In this document: one piece after another, positions 41,983 through 55,983 of the stretch | Layout of the letters: each line of letters starts with the position of its first letter | How positions within the stretch are numbered: position 1 is the first letter of the stretch | DNA from: an uncultured Gemmatimonadales bacterium | GTDB taxonomy: Bacteria; Gemmatimonadota; Gemmatimonadetes; Gemmatimonadales; GWC2-71-9 | NCBI GenBank assembly: GCA_963842945.1 | Contig: CAWJIM010000019.1 | Span: 685,893-749,892, forward strand | DNA: 64,000 bases | Direction of reading: 5' to 3' | Program-made: the position numbers and the translations under genes | Notes under the pieces: model-generated | The model's database searches: none | What the model saw: the letters and a program-made list of their open reading frames with translations, nothing else | What the model was told of the DNA's origin: nothing

Positions 41983-42369
41983 ATGCCTGAGAAGTCCGAA
42001 GCACCTGCGTATCCCTATGTGACCCACTTGGACATCAAGTTCGGGCCACTGCAGCGGGTGGATGTGCCCGCGCTCGTTGCCGCTTGCACCGATCGGTGGT
42101 ACAACCAGACCCTCTGCCGGGTAAACGACGCTGTCGTCCGCCTGGGGGTGGTCGAAGGGGAGTACCACTGGCACAAGCACGACGCCGATGACGAGTTCTT
42201 CTACGTGGTCAGCGGCCGGTTCTGGATCGACCTGGAGGACCAGGTGATCGAGTTGGGACCGGGCCAGGGCGTGGTGGTGCCCAAGGGAGTGCCGCATCGC
42301 CCCCGCGCACCGGAGCGAACGGTCGTTCTCATGGTCGAGACCGCCGGCATCGTGCCTACCGGTGACTAG
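41983..42369 (+). CDS. Cupin domain protein
   Basis: GEYHWHKHDADDEFFYV and VVPKGVPHRP. Confidence 0.9.
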   Translation: MPEKSEAPAYPYVTHLDIKFGPLQRVDVPALVAACTDRWYNQTLCRVNDAVVRLGVVEGEYHWHKHDADDEFFYVVSGRFWIDLEDQVIELGPGQGVVVPKGVPHRPRAPERTVVLMVETAGIVPTGD

Positions 42370-42403
42370 GTGAAGGCTACTTGCCCCCAGGCTGGAGGAT
42401 GAG

Positions 42404-42805
42404 ATGATGTCGACGGAAGCAGCTCCTCATACGGCGCGCCTGACCGGCATCGTGCCGCAGTTCCTGGTCGACGATCTCGATACGGCGATCGGGTACTACC
42501 GGGACAAGCTCGGATTCGGCCTCGACTTCTGCTACGACTCGTTCTATGCCGGCGTGAGCCGCGATGGCTTCGCGATCCATCTCAAGTGCGCGCCCAAGTT
42601 GCCCGGCGACAGGGCGCACCGCAAACAGCACGAGCACCTCGACGCCTACATCGGCGTCACTCGGCTGGCTACGCTGCACGATGAGCTGCGGTCGCGCGGC
42701 GCGCTCATCATCAGGTCGCCGGAGGCGCGACCCTGGTCGTGCATCGACTTCTACGTCGAAGACCCCGATGGATACATTCTCTGCTTCAGCGAGCCGACCG
42801 CCTAG
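42404..42805 (+). CDS. VOC/glyoxalase family protein
   Basis: VDDLDTAIGYYRDKLGF and FYVEDPDGYILCF. Confidence 0.9.
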   Translation: MMSTEAAPHTARLTGIVPQFLVDDLDTAIGYYRDKLGFGLDFCYDSFYAGVSRDGFAIHLKCAPKLPGDRAHRKQHEHLDAYIGVTRLATLHDELRSRGALIIRSPEARPWSCIDFYVEDPDGYILCFSEPTA

Positions 42806-42900
42806 CGGTGCTGGCCGGCGGCTGCCGAAGCAACTCTGGGACTTGATTCCCTCTTGACTCGCTCGGGACAGATTGTGCCATCCCCTATCCCGAGCGACTC

Positions 42901-43476
42901 ATGTCACTCCCTCGGCGGGCACGCAATGCGGTCTGGGCGGTCGGTTTGCTCATCCTCTCGCTGGGCCTGCCTGCCCCCATGACCGGCCAGGCAGTCGATT
43001 CACTGGCAACCGGAGCCAGAGTCCGGGTGAGGCTTCCGGGTCATGGTGCCGGCTGGCTGCAAGGACAGTTCGTCATGCTCTCCGCGGACTCGGCTGCGAT
43101 CGCGCTGAGCGAAACTCCCGACTCCGTCCGTTTCGCCACGGAATCGGCCGAGCGAGTCGAGGTGAGCGAGGGCCGGCATTCCCATGCCGGCAAGGGCGCA
43201 CTGGTGGGATTGGGCCTTGGCGCCGGAACGGGGCTGATCCTGGGCCTCGCAGCCTCGGCCGAGGAGTGCGAGGAGTGGTGCGTGATCGAAGTGGGCGCGG
43301 GAGAAATAGCAGGAGTCACGGTCATGCTTGGCGCAGTCGGAGCCGGAATCGGCGCGCTGATCGGGTCATTCTCTCACGGAGAACGGTGGAGGCAAGTCGA
43401 TCTCCATCCGAGCGAACCGGCCCGCCTTGCGCCAATCGCGCGCGCCGGTGGCCTCGGCATCGCACTCCGATTCTAG
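42901..43476 (+). CDS. Hypothetical exported protein with glycine-zipper segments
   Basis: Signal peptide, GARVRV, GALVGLGLGAG and GAGIGALIG. Confidence 0.7.
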   Translation: MSLPRRARNAVWAVGLLILSLGLPAPMTGQAVDSLATGARVRVRLPGHGAGWLQGQFVMLSADSAAIALSETPDSVRFATESAERVEVSEGRHSHAGKGALVGLGLGAGTGLILGLAASAEECEEWCVIEVGAGEIAGVTVMLGAVGAGIGALIGSFSHGERWRQVDLHPSEPARLAPIARAGGLGIALRF

Positions 43477-43513
43477 AGGGCAGGGGAGTAGGCGAGCCTT
43501 GTGCCCGCACAAA

Positions 43514-43972
43514 GTGTCGGATGCGCCCGGCGTCCTGGTGTTTCCGCCGGCGCTCTTCGCCGTGACGCTCGTCCTGGGGCTGGTCCTGCACTGGCTCCGC
43601 CCGGTCTCGCTCCTGCCGCCGCTTGCAGCACGACTGGCGGGCCTCGTCGTTCTCGTCCTCAGTTGGTGGCTGGTGCATTCGGCCGAAGCGGCCATGAAGC
43701 GCGCGGGAACCAACGTGCGACCAGACCAGCCGAGCCTGGCGATCGTCACCGACGGCCCGTTCCGCTTCAGTCGCAATCCGATGTACCTCGCCACCACGGG
43801 CCTGTACCTGGGGATCACACTGCTGGTCAACACCCCCTGGCCATTGGTTCTGCTGCCGCCGATGCTGCTGGTACTCCACTGGGGCGTGGTCCGGCGGGAG
43901 GAGCGGTACCTGGAGGCGAAGTTCGGTGAGCCGTATCGGGCTTACAAGTCACGGGTTCGACGCTGGGTCTGA
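43514..43972 (+). CDS. Isoprenylcysteine carboxyl methyltransferase family protein
   Basis: GPFRFSRNPMY and EERYLEAKFGEPYRAYKSRVRRW. Confidence 0.9.
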   Translation: MSDAPGVLVFPPALFAVTLVLGLVLHWLRPVSLLPPLAARLAGLVVLVLSWWLVHSAEAAMKRAGTNVRPDQPSLAIVTDGPFRFSRNPMYLATTGLYLGITLLVNTPWPLVLLPPMLLVLHWGVVRREERYLEAKFGEPYRAYKSRVRRWV

Positions 43973-44130
43973 AGCGATGCGTGCACTGGCATACTGGACC
44001 GGAGTGCACTGCTCGTCGCCTTCGGCGCGCTCGGCTCTGCGGCAGCCGGCTCGACGCAGTGCGGCCATTGGCGGGGTCGTGGCAGCATGGCTCGCGACTC
44101 GGCCGCCTGTAGCGGGTGTTGTGGACGCGA

Positions 44131-44541
44131 TCAGTCGGCGACGAGGGCCCCGCTTGGAAGCGTATGCCAGCATGCCGGCTTACGGGCGCTCGAGATGACC
44201 GGGCTCGGGGCCACACCGATACCGTCGTAAAGTCCGCATGTCAAACCCAGCTCTTCGGTGGTCGTCAAGGTCGCACTGTAACCCTTATCCTCATGCGCGA
44301 CGACGATCACTCGGCGCTCCGGCCTGGTCGCGAACTCCTCTTGGGGAAGCACGCCGGTGTAGGTGCTGTTGCGCGCAAGGAACGCGTCCTCGGCCTTGAC
44401 CAGCCGGCGAAGGTCCTGCTTCATGGCTTCGACGAGGCCTGCATGAGCCTTGTCCGACGCCGAGCCGTGGCTCGTCTGTGCGGCGACCGGAGGCACAATG
44501 AGCAGGCAGGCGAGTAATACGACACGATAGCCGAGGAACAT
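44131..44541 (-). CDS. Secreted protein with pilin-globular-like segment
   Basis: Signal peptide, MKQDLRRLVKAEDAF, C-terminal Cys pair; no prepilin motif. Confidence 0.55.
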   Translation of the reverse strand: MFLGYRVVLLACLLIVPPVAAQTSHGSASDKAHAGLVEAMKQDLRRLVKAEDAFLARNSTYTGVLPQEEFATRPERRVIVVAHEDKGYSATLTTTEELGLTCGLYDGIGVAPSPVISSARKPACWHTLPSGALVAD

Positions 44542-44816
44542 TGCCTTCTCCTGGGCGAATGGGGCCAACAGCCTACGCAAGGTGCGCACCACGAGGCGAC
44601 GAGAGGTCAACTGATGACAAGGGTGGTAGTTACGAGAGCAAGCAGACGGGCGACCCACTGCATTCTGCCACCTTCTCACCCTCGCGATAGCCCGGCGAGA
44701 TCGCTCGGCACATCGCCGGAGCGATGCGCAATGCCAGCGGTGACCCCGACCCTCTTGTGAGCCCCGCAGCCGAGCCGGATATTCGCCCGAACACGAAGTC
44801 CAGCGCGAGGTTACTC

Positions 44817-47393
44817 GTGAAGCACATCCAGACGCTCGGCGGGATGGCGGTGTTCGACGATGGCCGCCCGCTGGGCGGCAACGCCAAGCAGCCGCGGCGT
44901 CTCGCGGTCCTCGCGATCCTGGCCCGCGCCGGCGAGCGCGGGGTGAACCGGGACCGCCTGGCGGCACTGCTCTGGGGGGAGCAGGAGGAGGAGCGCGCTC
45001 GCCGCAGTCTCAACCAGGCGCTCTACGCCCTGCGCCAGGAGCTGGGCTCCGAGGAGGCCATCCTCGGCACCCGCGACCTGCGGCTCAATCCCGAACTGAT
45101 CGAGGTGGATCTGGCGGCCTTCGAGACCGCGCGCGCGTCGGGCGCGTTCGAGGAGGCCGCGCGGCTGTACGCCGGCCCGTTTCTGGGCGACTTCCATCTG
45201 CCGGGCGCGCCGGACTTCGCCCGCTGGGCGGAGGAGGAGCGGGAAGGGATCGCGGCCGACTACCGCGCGCTGCTCGAGGCGGCCGCGGCTTCGGCCACTG
45301 GGCGCCAGGACCGGGGTGGCGCGGTCCTCTGGTGGCGCCGGCTGGCGGCGCTCGACCCGACCGATGCCCGTGCCGCGCAGGGACTGATGCGGGCGCTGGC
45401 GGTCGCGGGCGATGCGCCGGGAGCGCTCCGCCACGCGGAGATCGTGCAGCAGATCCGGCAGCAGGAGCTGGAGCTGCCGCCGGACGCGGAGGTCGCGGCG
45501 CTCGCGGAGCGGATCCGCCGGGGAGAAGTGGCGGCTCCTCCCGCGGAGACGCCGCCGGCGCCGGCGCAGGCGGCGGTGGCTCCGAGCGGGGCGCCTCCAA
45601 CCATCGAGCCTCTCCCTTCGGCCGCACCCACCGTACCTCGCCGCCGAGCCTTCGGCGCGCGCGCCGCCGCGTTGGCCGTCGTGCTGCTGCTGGGACTGCT
45701 CGTCTGGCGCTGGACCCGGCGGACCGAGCCGCCGGTGGAGTCACGCCGCCTCGCCGTGCTCCCGTTCGAGAACCTCGGCGACTCGGCCGACGCGTATTTC
45801 GCCGACGGCGTGACCGACGAGATCCGTGGCAAGCTGGCCGCGGTGCCCGGGCTGGAGGTGGTCGCCAGCCTCAGCTCGAACGACTATCGCGGCAGCACGC
45901 GGGGGCTGTCGGAGGTCGCCCGGGAGCTGGGCGTGGACTACCTCCTGATCGGGAAGATCCGATGGCAGCGGCGGCCGGAGGGGATGAGCCGGGTGCGGGT
46001 GAATCCCGAGCTGATCCGCTTCGCCCCCGGCGCGCCGCCGACGACGCGCTGGCAGCAGCCGATCGACGCCGCGCTCACCGACGTGTTCGCCGTCCAGGCG
46101 GACATCGCCGGCAAGGTGGCCGACGCGCTCGGCGTGGTGCTGGGCGACAGCGCCCGGCGCGAGCTGACGGCGAAGCCCACCGAGAACCTGGCGGCGTACG
46201 ACGAGTACCTGAAGGGCGAAGCGGCCGCGCAGGAGATGAAGGCCGACCAGGCCGGCCTGCGGCGGGCGATCGGCTTCTTCCAGCGTGCGGTGTCGCTCGA
46301 CTCGACCTTCGCGCAGGCGTGGAGCCAGCTCTCGCGAGCCCGCACCTCGCTCTACTCCAACGGCGTGCCCGACCAGGCGCTGGCCGACGCGGCGCGGACG
46401 GCGCTCGAGCGGGCGCGCGCGCTCCGGCCCGACGATCCGCTGGTCTACCTCGCCGCCGGCGACTTCTACAGCAGCGTCAACCCGATCGAGAACGACCGCG
46501 CGATGGAGGAGTACGAGCGCGGGCTGCGCCTCGCGCCCGACGACGTGGAGCTGCTGAGCGCGGCGGCGACGGCCGGGGGGAGGCTGCAGCGCTGGGACGC
46601 CATCGCCCCGCGGCTCGACCGCGCCCTGCGGCTCGATCCCCGCTCGCCTACCGTGGCGCGCCGGGTGGCCACGGTGGACCTCTTCCTCCGACGGTACGAC
46701 GCCGCCGACTCGGCCGTGGACCGGGCGATGGCGCTGGCGCCCACCAACCCGCAGATGGTGCTGGTCAAGGTGATGGTGGCCGTGGCGCGGGGCGATCTCC
46801 CCGGCGCGCGCGCCGTGGTCCGAGCTGCCGCGGGCCGGATCGACGCCACGACGCTCTTCACCTTCCTGGCCACATACCAGGACCTCTACTGGGTGCTGGA
46901 CGACGCGCAGCAGAAGTGGGTGCTGGAGCTGCCGCCGAGCGCGTTCGACGACGACCGCGGCGTATGGGGGGTCGTGCGGAGCGAGATCTACCAGCTCCGC
47001 GGCGACCGGCGCCGCGCCGCCGCCTACGCCGATTCGGCGCGCTCCACGCTGGAAGCGCAGAGCCGGGCCGCGCCCGACGACGGACAGCGTCACGCGCTGC
47101 TCGGGCTGGCGCTGGCCTTCCTGGGACGGAAGGCGGAGGCGATCGAGGAGGGCCGGCGCGCAGTCGAAGCGCTCCCGGTCGAGCGCGACGGCTTCCTGGG
47201 TCCCTACGTCCAGCTCCAGCTGGTCAGGATCTACCTGCTGAGCGGCGAGCCCGACCGGGCGCTCGACCAGCTCGAGCCGCTGCTCCGCATTCCTTTCTAT
47301 CTGTCCCCGGGATGGCTGCGCCTCGATCCGGCATTCGAGCCGGTGCGGACCCATCCGCGGTTCGAGCGGCTGCTCGCCGGCCCTCACGCCTGA
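44817..47393 (+). CDS. SARP/BTAD regulator fused to TM, TolB-like and TPR domains
   Basis: RDRLAALLW, SLNQALYALRQ, LYAGPFL, LAVLPFENL, TPRs. Confidence 0.88.
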   Translation: MKHIQTLGGMAVFDDGRPLGGNAKQPRRLAVLAILARAGERGVNRDRLAALLWGEQEEERARRSLNQALYALRQELGSEEAILGTRDLRLNPELIEVDLAAFETARASGAFEEAARLYAGPFLGDFHLPGAPDFARWAEEEREGIAADYRALLEAAAASATGRQDRGGAVLWWRRLAALDPTDARAAQGLMRALAVAGDAPGALRHAEIVQQIRQQELELPPDAEVAALAERIRRGEVAAPPAETPPAPAQAAVAPSGAPPTIEPLPSAAPTVPRRRAFGARAAALAVVLLLGLLVWRWTRRTEPPVESRRLAVLPFENLGDSADAYFADGVTDEIRGKLAAVPGLEVVASLSSNDYRGSTRGLSEVARELGVDYLLIGKIRWQRRPEGMSRVRVNPELIRFAPGAPPTTRWQQPIDAALTDVFAVQADIAGKVADALGVVLGDSARRELTAKPTENLAAYDEYLKGEAAAQEMKADQAGLRRAIGFFQRAVSLDSTFAQAWSQLSRARTSLYSNGVPDQALADAARTALERARALRPDDPLVYLAAGDFYSSVNPIENDRAMEEYERGLRLAPDDVELLSAAATAGGRLQRWDAIAPRLDRALRLDPRSPTVARRVATVDLFLRRYDAADSAVDRAMALAPTNPQMVLVKVMVAVARGDLPGARAVVRAAAGRIDATTLFTFLATYQDLYWVLDDAQQKWVLELPPSAFDDDRGVWGVVRSEIYQLRGDRRRAAAYADSARSTLEAQSRAAPDDGQRHALLGLALAFLGRKAEAIEEGRRAVEALPVERDGFLGPYVQLQLVRIYLLSGEPDRALDQLEPLLRIPFYLSPGWLRLDPAFEPVRTHPRFERLLAGPHA

Positions 47394-47425
47394 TATGAGG
47401 GGCGGGCGCCAGCCTGCCCCTCATA
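47394..47425. terminator. Hairpin between convergent genes
   Basis: TATGAGGGGCGGGC/GCCTGCCCCTCATA stem. Confidence 0.65.
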
Positions 47426-47429
47426 GCAC

Positions 47430-48299
47430 TTACCTCCGACAACCCATCCCCATCGGCCCCATCGGCATGCCCATGGCTTGCGCCTGCAGGCCCATGAGGC
47501 GCTGCATGCGCTCGGCGTGCGCCTGCATCCGGGATCGCAAGCTGTCGCCCTGGAGTTTCGGGAGCTCGGCCATGTCCCGCTTCACCGAATCGCGGAGCGC
47601 CGTCCATTCCGAGCTCGGAGCAGCGCCGTGTGCACGCATGTTGGCCATCATCGCGTCCATCATCTGCGTCGACATGCGCGTGTGCATCGCCCACATGCGC
47701 TGTCGCTGCTGTGCCGACATGTGACCCGCCGAGTCCAGCATCCAGCACCCGCCGGGCATGGCCGCCCATCCGCCGCCGGACATCATGCCCAGGCCGAGCA
47801 CCATCATACGGCGCATGCGGTCGATGTGCGCTTGCGAGCGGCTGGCCAGGTCCCTTTCTGAAAGGCCCGGCATCGTCGACAAGTCGTTCTGGATCGAGTC
47901 TCGCAAAGCCCTCCACGGTGAGCCCCGACCCATGCCCATACCGCCGGCCATCATGCCCGGTCCCATCGTGCCGGTTGGACCCATCATCTGCATCATCCGC
48001 CTCGCCATCTGCTGGTGGGCAGTCATCATCTGTTGCATCTGCGCTGGCGACGACCGAGCCATCGAGTCCAGGTGCATCCACATCATTGGCATGAAGCGGA
48101 TGGCCTGGGAATCGACCGCCGCCGGCTGTCTTGTAGCGACGGTGTCTCGGGTCATTCCGGCCGTGTCCTGCGCCGCTGGCGGTGCTGAGGCTTGAGAACC
48201 CTCCGGCGTACGGCTACCACCTCGTCCACATCCCGCATACCAGGGTAGCAACGCCAGGCACAAGAGCATCTTGGCATTGGTGTTCATTGGCATCTCCAT
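47430..48299 (-). CDS. Very Met-rich lipoprotein with an internal duplication
   Basis: Lipobox YAGC; repeated WRALRDSIQNDL...HIDRMRRMM and WTALRDSVKRDM...HAERMQRLM. Confidence 0.75.
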   Translation of the reverse strand: MEMPMNTNAKMLLCLALLPWYAGCGRGGSRTPEGSQASAPPAAQDTAGMTRDTVATRQPAAVDSQAIRFMPMMWMHLDSMARSSPAQMQQMMTAHQQMARRMMQMMGPTGTMGPGMMAGGMGMGRGSPWRALRDSIQNDLSTMPGLSERDLASRSQAHIDRMRRMMVLGLGMMSGGGWAAMPGGCWMLDSAGHMSAQQRQRMWAMHTRMSTQMMDAMMANMRAHGAAPSSEWTALRDSVKRDMAELPKLQGDSLRSRMQAHAERMQRLMGLQAQAMGMPMGPMGMGCRR

Positions 48300-48359
48300 T
48301 CCCCGTGTCGTGCGCCAGACAGCGCGACATTCGCGCGGTCGGCCGGTGCGAAGCTTCGC

Positions 48360-48584
48360 TCAGGCTGCGCGGGGCCTCGGCGTCCGCTCGGCCTCAGGCT
48401 GGGCAAGCCCGAGCCGCTCCAGGATCGTCTCCATCAGACACCAGTGAGTGAAGGCCGACTGGATCAGGTTCACCCCCACGAACGCGGTGAACAGGAACCA
48501 CAGCGGGTTCACCCAGTATCCCAGCGCGAGCGAGAGCAGTACGAACACGCCCGCGACCAGGCGAATGGCATAGTGCATCGGCAT
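48360..48584 (-). CDS. DUF2892 (YgaP-like) membrane protein
   Basis: [15 protein letters not shown] motif; RBS AAGGAGG. Confidence 0.9.
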   Translation of the reverse strand: MPMHYAIRLVAGVFVLLSLALGYWVNPLWFLFTAFVGVNLIQSAFTHWCLMETILERLGLAQPEAERTPRPRAA

Positions 48585-48592
48585 ACGTCCTC

Positions 48593-51727
<3,135 letters not shown>

Positions 51728-51731
<4 letters not shown>

Positions 51732-52763
51732 TCACCTCCCGCCGGAAGCTGCGGCCGGGCTCGGACACCGTCCCGCGCGCGGGAGGCATCGAGCGCCACG
51801 AGATCGCCGGGCAGGAGGCCGCTCAGCACCTCGACGGTCGAGTCGCGCTCGCGCCCGGCGCGGATCCAGCGGAGCCGGAGCGTGGAGTCCGGGCGCGAAG
51901 AGGTACACCCCCTCGAGCTGGCCCCGTCGCATAATGGCGGAGGCCGGCACTTGCAGCGTGCTGCGGTCACCCGCCGGGAGCTCGGCCACGGCCGCCAGAC
52001 CAGGCGCGAGGCCGGCGGGCCCGCTGAGCCGCACCTCCACCGTGGGGCTCCGCGGGTCGGCGCCGGGCACGACCGCCTCGATCCGCGCGGTGACCCGCCG
52101 TCCGCCGGCGCCGATCTCCACCGCGGCGGTCTGGCCCGCGCGGAGGTGCTCGCCGACTTCGTCCGGCACTGTCACCACGATCTCCCGCTCGGCGCGGTCC
52201 TCGACCACGAGGAGGGGCTGCGCCGGGCACCGCCTGGTCCCCGGATCCACCATGCGCGCGGCGACCACGCCGGCGAAGGGTGCGCGCACCTCGGCGTAGG
52301 CCAGGTCCGCCTGCACCGCGCGAGTCTGCGCCTGGGCCTGGGCGTGCGCCGTGCGCGCGGCCTCGAGCTGGACCAGCGGCGCCGCGCTGTCGGCGTAGAG
52401 CCGCTCCGTGCGCCGCAGGGTGGCGGCGGCCTGCTCCGAGCGCGCGGTCGCCTGCTGCTGCGCCGCGGTCAGCGAGGCCCGTTCGACCGTGAGCAGGAGC
52501 TGGCCCGCACGCACCCGGTCGCCGGCGCGCACACGGACCGACTCGACTCGCCCCATCAGCCGGGTGGAGAGCTCGGCCCGCCGGGCAGCGCGCACCGTGC
52601 CGGCCGCGCGGTAGCGCCCGGCGGCCTCGGCCGACGCGACCCGCGCCGCCGGGACATCCTCCACGACCACCGCGCCGGCCCGGGTGGTCCGCTCCTCGGT
52701 GGTGGCCGAGGTGCATCCGAACGCGCCGAGAAGTACGAGTAGAGCTGCGGATCGCGGGCTCAT
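51728..52763 (-). CDS. RND periplasmic adaptor subunit (frameshifts)
   Basis: Lipobox AFGC, VRAGDRVRAGQLL, VRAPFAGVV, VEVLSGL. Confidence 0.88.
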
Positions 52764-54089
52764 CGTGGCGTGCCTCCGAGCGCCAGGACCAACGCCGCGT
52801 CGGCGATCCTGGCTTGGTAGAGGGCCTGCAGCCGGGACAGGCGCTGGGACGACTCGGCCGCGCGAACGGCGAGCAGTTCGGTGATCAGGGCCGCGCCCTC
52901 GGCGTAGCGCACGCCGGCCGCGCGGGCCGCCTGGCCGGCCTGCACCAGCGCAGCCTCCGCCGCCGCGAATCCAGCCCGCGCCGCGTCCCGCTCGGCCTGC
53001 GCGGCGCGCACTTCGGCGCGGGCCCGCCGCTCCGCCGCCTCCAGCTCGGCCCGCGCCGCCTCGCGCTCCGCCTCGGCCCGGCGCAGCAGGCCCACGTCAC
53101 TGAGGCCGCGGAACGGGGACCAGCGGACCACCAGCCCCGCCGTCCAGTGCTGGGGGCCGCTCGCGATGCCGAAGTCGTCGTCATGCCAGCGGAGGTTGCC
53201 GAAGGCCGCCGAGCGAGGGCAGCCACTGGCTGCGGGCGCGCCGCACCTCCGCGTCCCGTGCGCTGAGGCCGGCTCGCAGGGCGCGCAGATCGGCCCGCTC
53301 CACGCTGTCCGCAGGCTCGGGCTCGACCAGCGCGAGCGAGTCAGTCAGCTCCAGCTCCGAGCCCGGCTCCCGGCCCAGGAGCGCGAGGAGGAGATCGGCG
53401 GAGGCCATGCGGGAGGCGCTCGCCGTCGCCAGCGCCGCCTCGAGCTCGCTCACGCGGCTCCGGGCCAGCTGCTCGTCCACGACGGTCACCACGCCCTCGC
53501 GGCGCAGCTTCTCCACCTGGGCCAGCGTCTCTCGGGCCACGGCGAGCGATTCCTCCAGCACCGCGACCCGGTCCGCGGCGAGCCGGGCGCCGAAGTAGCC
53601 GCGGATCACATCGAACGCCACCGCCTGGCCGGTCCGCTCCTCGGCCAGGCGCGCAGCCTCGGCCCCGGCACGGGCGGCGCGCCGGCCGGAGAGCGCCATC
53701 GGCTGGAAGACGGGCTGCTCCACCGAGAGCACGGTGCTCACGTCGGTGACAGGGTCGGGGAAGTTGAGCGCGTCGATGGCGAAGTCGGCCTGGCTGAACC
53801 GGCCCTGGCGGAGCTTGGTGCCGAACACGGCGACCGGGTCGTCGGTGCGCAGGCCGCCGAGCTCGACGTTGATTTGGGGGAGGAACGCGGCCGCGGCGCC
53901 CAAGGCGTCGGCCTCGCGGCCCGCCCGCTCCCAGCGGGCGCCCACGGCCTGCGGGTTCGCGGCGGCAGCTTGGGCCAGCGCCTCTGCGAGGGAGAGCCGA
54001 AGCGGCTCCTGAGCCGCCGCACGGGCGGTTGGCAGGGCCAGTCCAGCGAATCCAGCGAGGACGACAGCCAGCGACAGATCACGTCTCAT
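52760..54089 (-). CDS. TolC family outer membrane protein (frameshifts near 53130-53200)
   Basis: Signal peptide, LSLAEAL, FLPQI, RYAEG...TELL. Confidence 0.88.
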
Positions 54090-54181
54090 GAGTGCAAAGC
54101 TTTCCCCGAACAGCCAAGACATGGTGAACCGGCGATGATGCTTTCTTCACACCGGGCATTCACGTGTCTTGCATCCATGCA

Positions 54182-54203
54182 TATATTACTATATAGTTAT
54201 ATA
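54182..54203. promoter_or_regulatory. AT-rich palindromic operator, probable ArsR-family box
   Basis: TATATTACTATATAGTTATATA, a 22-bp dyad with one mismatch between divergent tolC and arsR. Confidence 0.7.
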
Positions 54204-54262
54204 GTTGTCCACGTCAAGCTCAACCGGAGACCGTATGGTCACGCAAGACGCTCACCACCGAA

Positions 54263-54568
54263 ATGCTCGTGCTAGTCGCCGAACGGCTGCGGGCGCTCGC
54301 CGAGCCCGCACGACTGCAGATCCTGAACGAGCTGCGCAGCGGCGAGCGCACCGTCACCGAGCTCGTCGAGGCCACGGGCCTCGGCCAGGCGAACGTCTCG
54401 AAGCACCTGCAGCTCCTACTCGCCGCCGGCTTCGTCGGCCGCCGGAAGGACGGGCTCTACACCAGGTACCGAATTGCGGACGAGGACGTCTTGCGGATCT
54501 GCGAGATCATGTGTGGTCGGCTCGAGGTCGAGGCGAGGCGTCGCCGACACCTCCTCGCCGGTCGCTGA
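54263..54568 (+). CDS. ArsR/SmtB family regulator
   Basis: LAEPARLQIL, GLGQANVSKHL, C-terminal CEIMC; true start may be near 54235. Confidence 0.92.
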   Translation: MLVLVAERLRALAEPARLQILNELRSGERTVTELVEATGLGQANVSKHLQLLLAAGFVGRRKDGLYTRYRIADEDVLRICEIMCGRLEVEARRRRHLLAGR

Positions 54569-54787
54569 AAGGTGATACCGCTATGCGAGGCCGGATCAGT
54601 GGGGCAGCACATGGCGGAGACAGGCGGTCGCATTCGCCGATTGTAGGACCAGCTCGAGCAGGCTTAGCCGGTCGGGCCAAGATGACCCAGCCCTGTGAGC
54701 GTCCGTGAGCGAAGCTTCACCGTTCCTTCAGGCCTCTCTCACCGGAGCGGCCTTAAGTTCGTTGAGACCTTCGTGCGGGAGTACGTG

Positions 54788-55753
54788 ATGCGTTACTCAA
54801 TGGCGGGCATGGTGCTCGGCGCTCGGGTTCGCGATGTCAGCGTGCAGCGACAGCACGTCACCCTCGACGACAGGCGCCTCGTTGGACGCGGTCAGCCCTA
54901 CTCCGGGCGCCACGGGCGTCGAGCTTGCCACTGTCATGACGATGCGGTTCAGCGCCGCGATGCAGACCTCGATGATGCAGTACGTAGACCTTCACCAGGG
55001 CACGATCGCCGGCTCCGTCGTCCCGATGACCTGCTCCTGGTCGAGCGACGCGACGACGCTCACCTGCCAGCCCAATCAGCCGCTGCAGCCGGCCACGACC
55101 TACGCGCTTCACCTGGGGAGCGGCATGACTGACGCGGCGGGCCAGCACGTGGACGTCGAGCAGCATGGGATGGCAATGGGTGGCACGCCGGTCACCACTG
55201 ATATGATGGGCGGCATGCACGGTGGCCAGAGCACCAGCATGATGGGCGGCGGCTGGATGGATCCTGCCGACGGACCACGGGCATGGCGTTCACCTTCACG
55301 ACAGCGTCCGCCGCCGCACAGACCTCACTAGTCGCGGTGAGCCCTGCGCCCGGCACCATGGGAGTCGATTCGAGCGGGACGATTACCATGACGTTCAGCG
55401 GTGCCATGCAGACATCCATGATGCAGTATGTGGACCTCCATCAGGGCACGATCGCAGGACCAGTGGTGCCGATGACGTGTAGCTGGTCGAGCGACAACAC
55501 GACGCTGACCTGCCAGCCCAACCAGCCGCTGCAGCACGGCACCTCCTACGTACTGCATATGGGCGGCGGGATGATGAATGCCAACGGCGATCCCGTCGAC
55601 GTCGAGCACCACGGGATGACGCTCGGCGGGCAGCCGGTCAGCGGAGGCACGATGGGCGGAATGCACGATGGCCAGGGGGCCGGGATGATGGGAAGTGGCT
55701 GGATGGATCCTGACGGCCACTACGGAATGGAATTCACGTTCACCACTGCCTGA
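54788..55753 (+). CDS. Lipoprotein with two tandem Ig-like (Big_5-like) Met/His-rich domains (frameshifts)
   Basis: SAC lipobox; duplicated VSP..GA..V...FS.AMQTSMMQYVDLHQG...PNQPLQ.....Y units. Confidence 0.75.
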
Positions 55754-55839
55754 AAGGCAGCCCGGCAGCGGCCTCGTCCCGCTGCCGGGTCGTCTGGCTC
55801 GCGAGGTCTCTTAGCTCGCGAACCGCCCGAGTTCCGGAC

Positions 55840-55983
55840 GGAGGCATCTTCCGCAGCTCCCCATAGGTGTACTACAGCCAGATGGAGCACCGCTCGATTT
55901 CGCTCGGCGATTGAAGCGGCCAGCGGCAGCGCCTGCTCGGCGGGGGTGTGGCCGTCGAGAGGAACCAGGATCGAGGAGAACAT
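55840..55983 (-). pseudogene. Universal stress protein N-terminal fragment
   Basis: MFSSILVPLDG...AEQALPLA...LHLAVVH, then similarity is lost. Confidence 0.65.
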
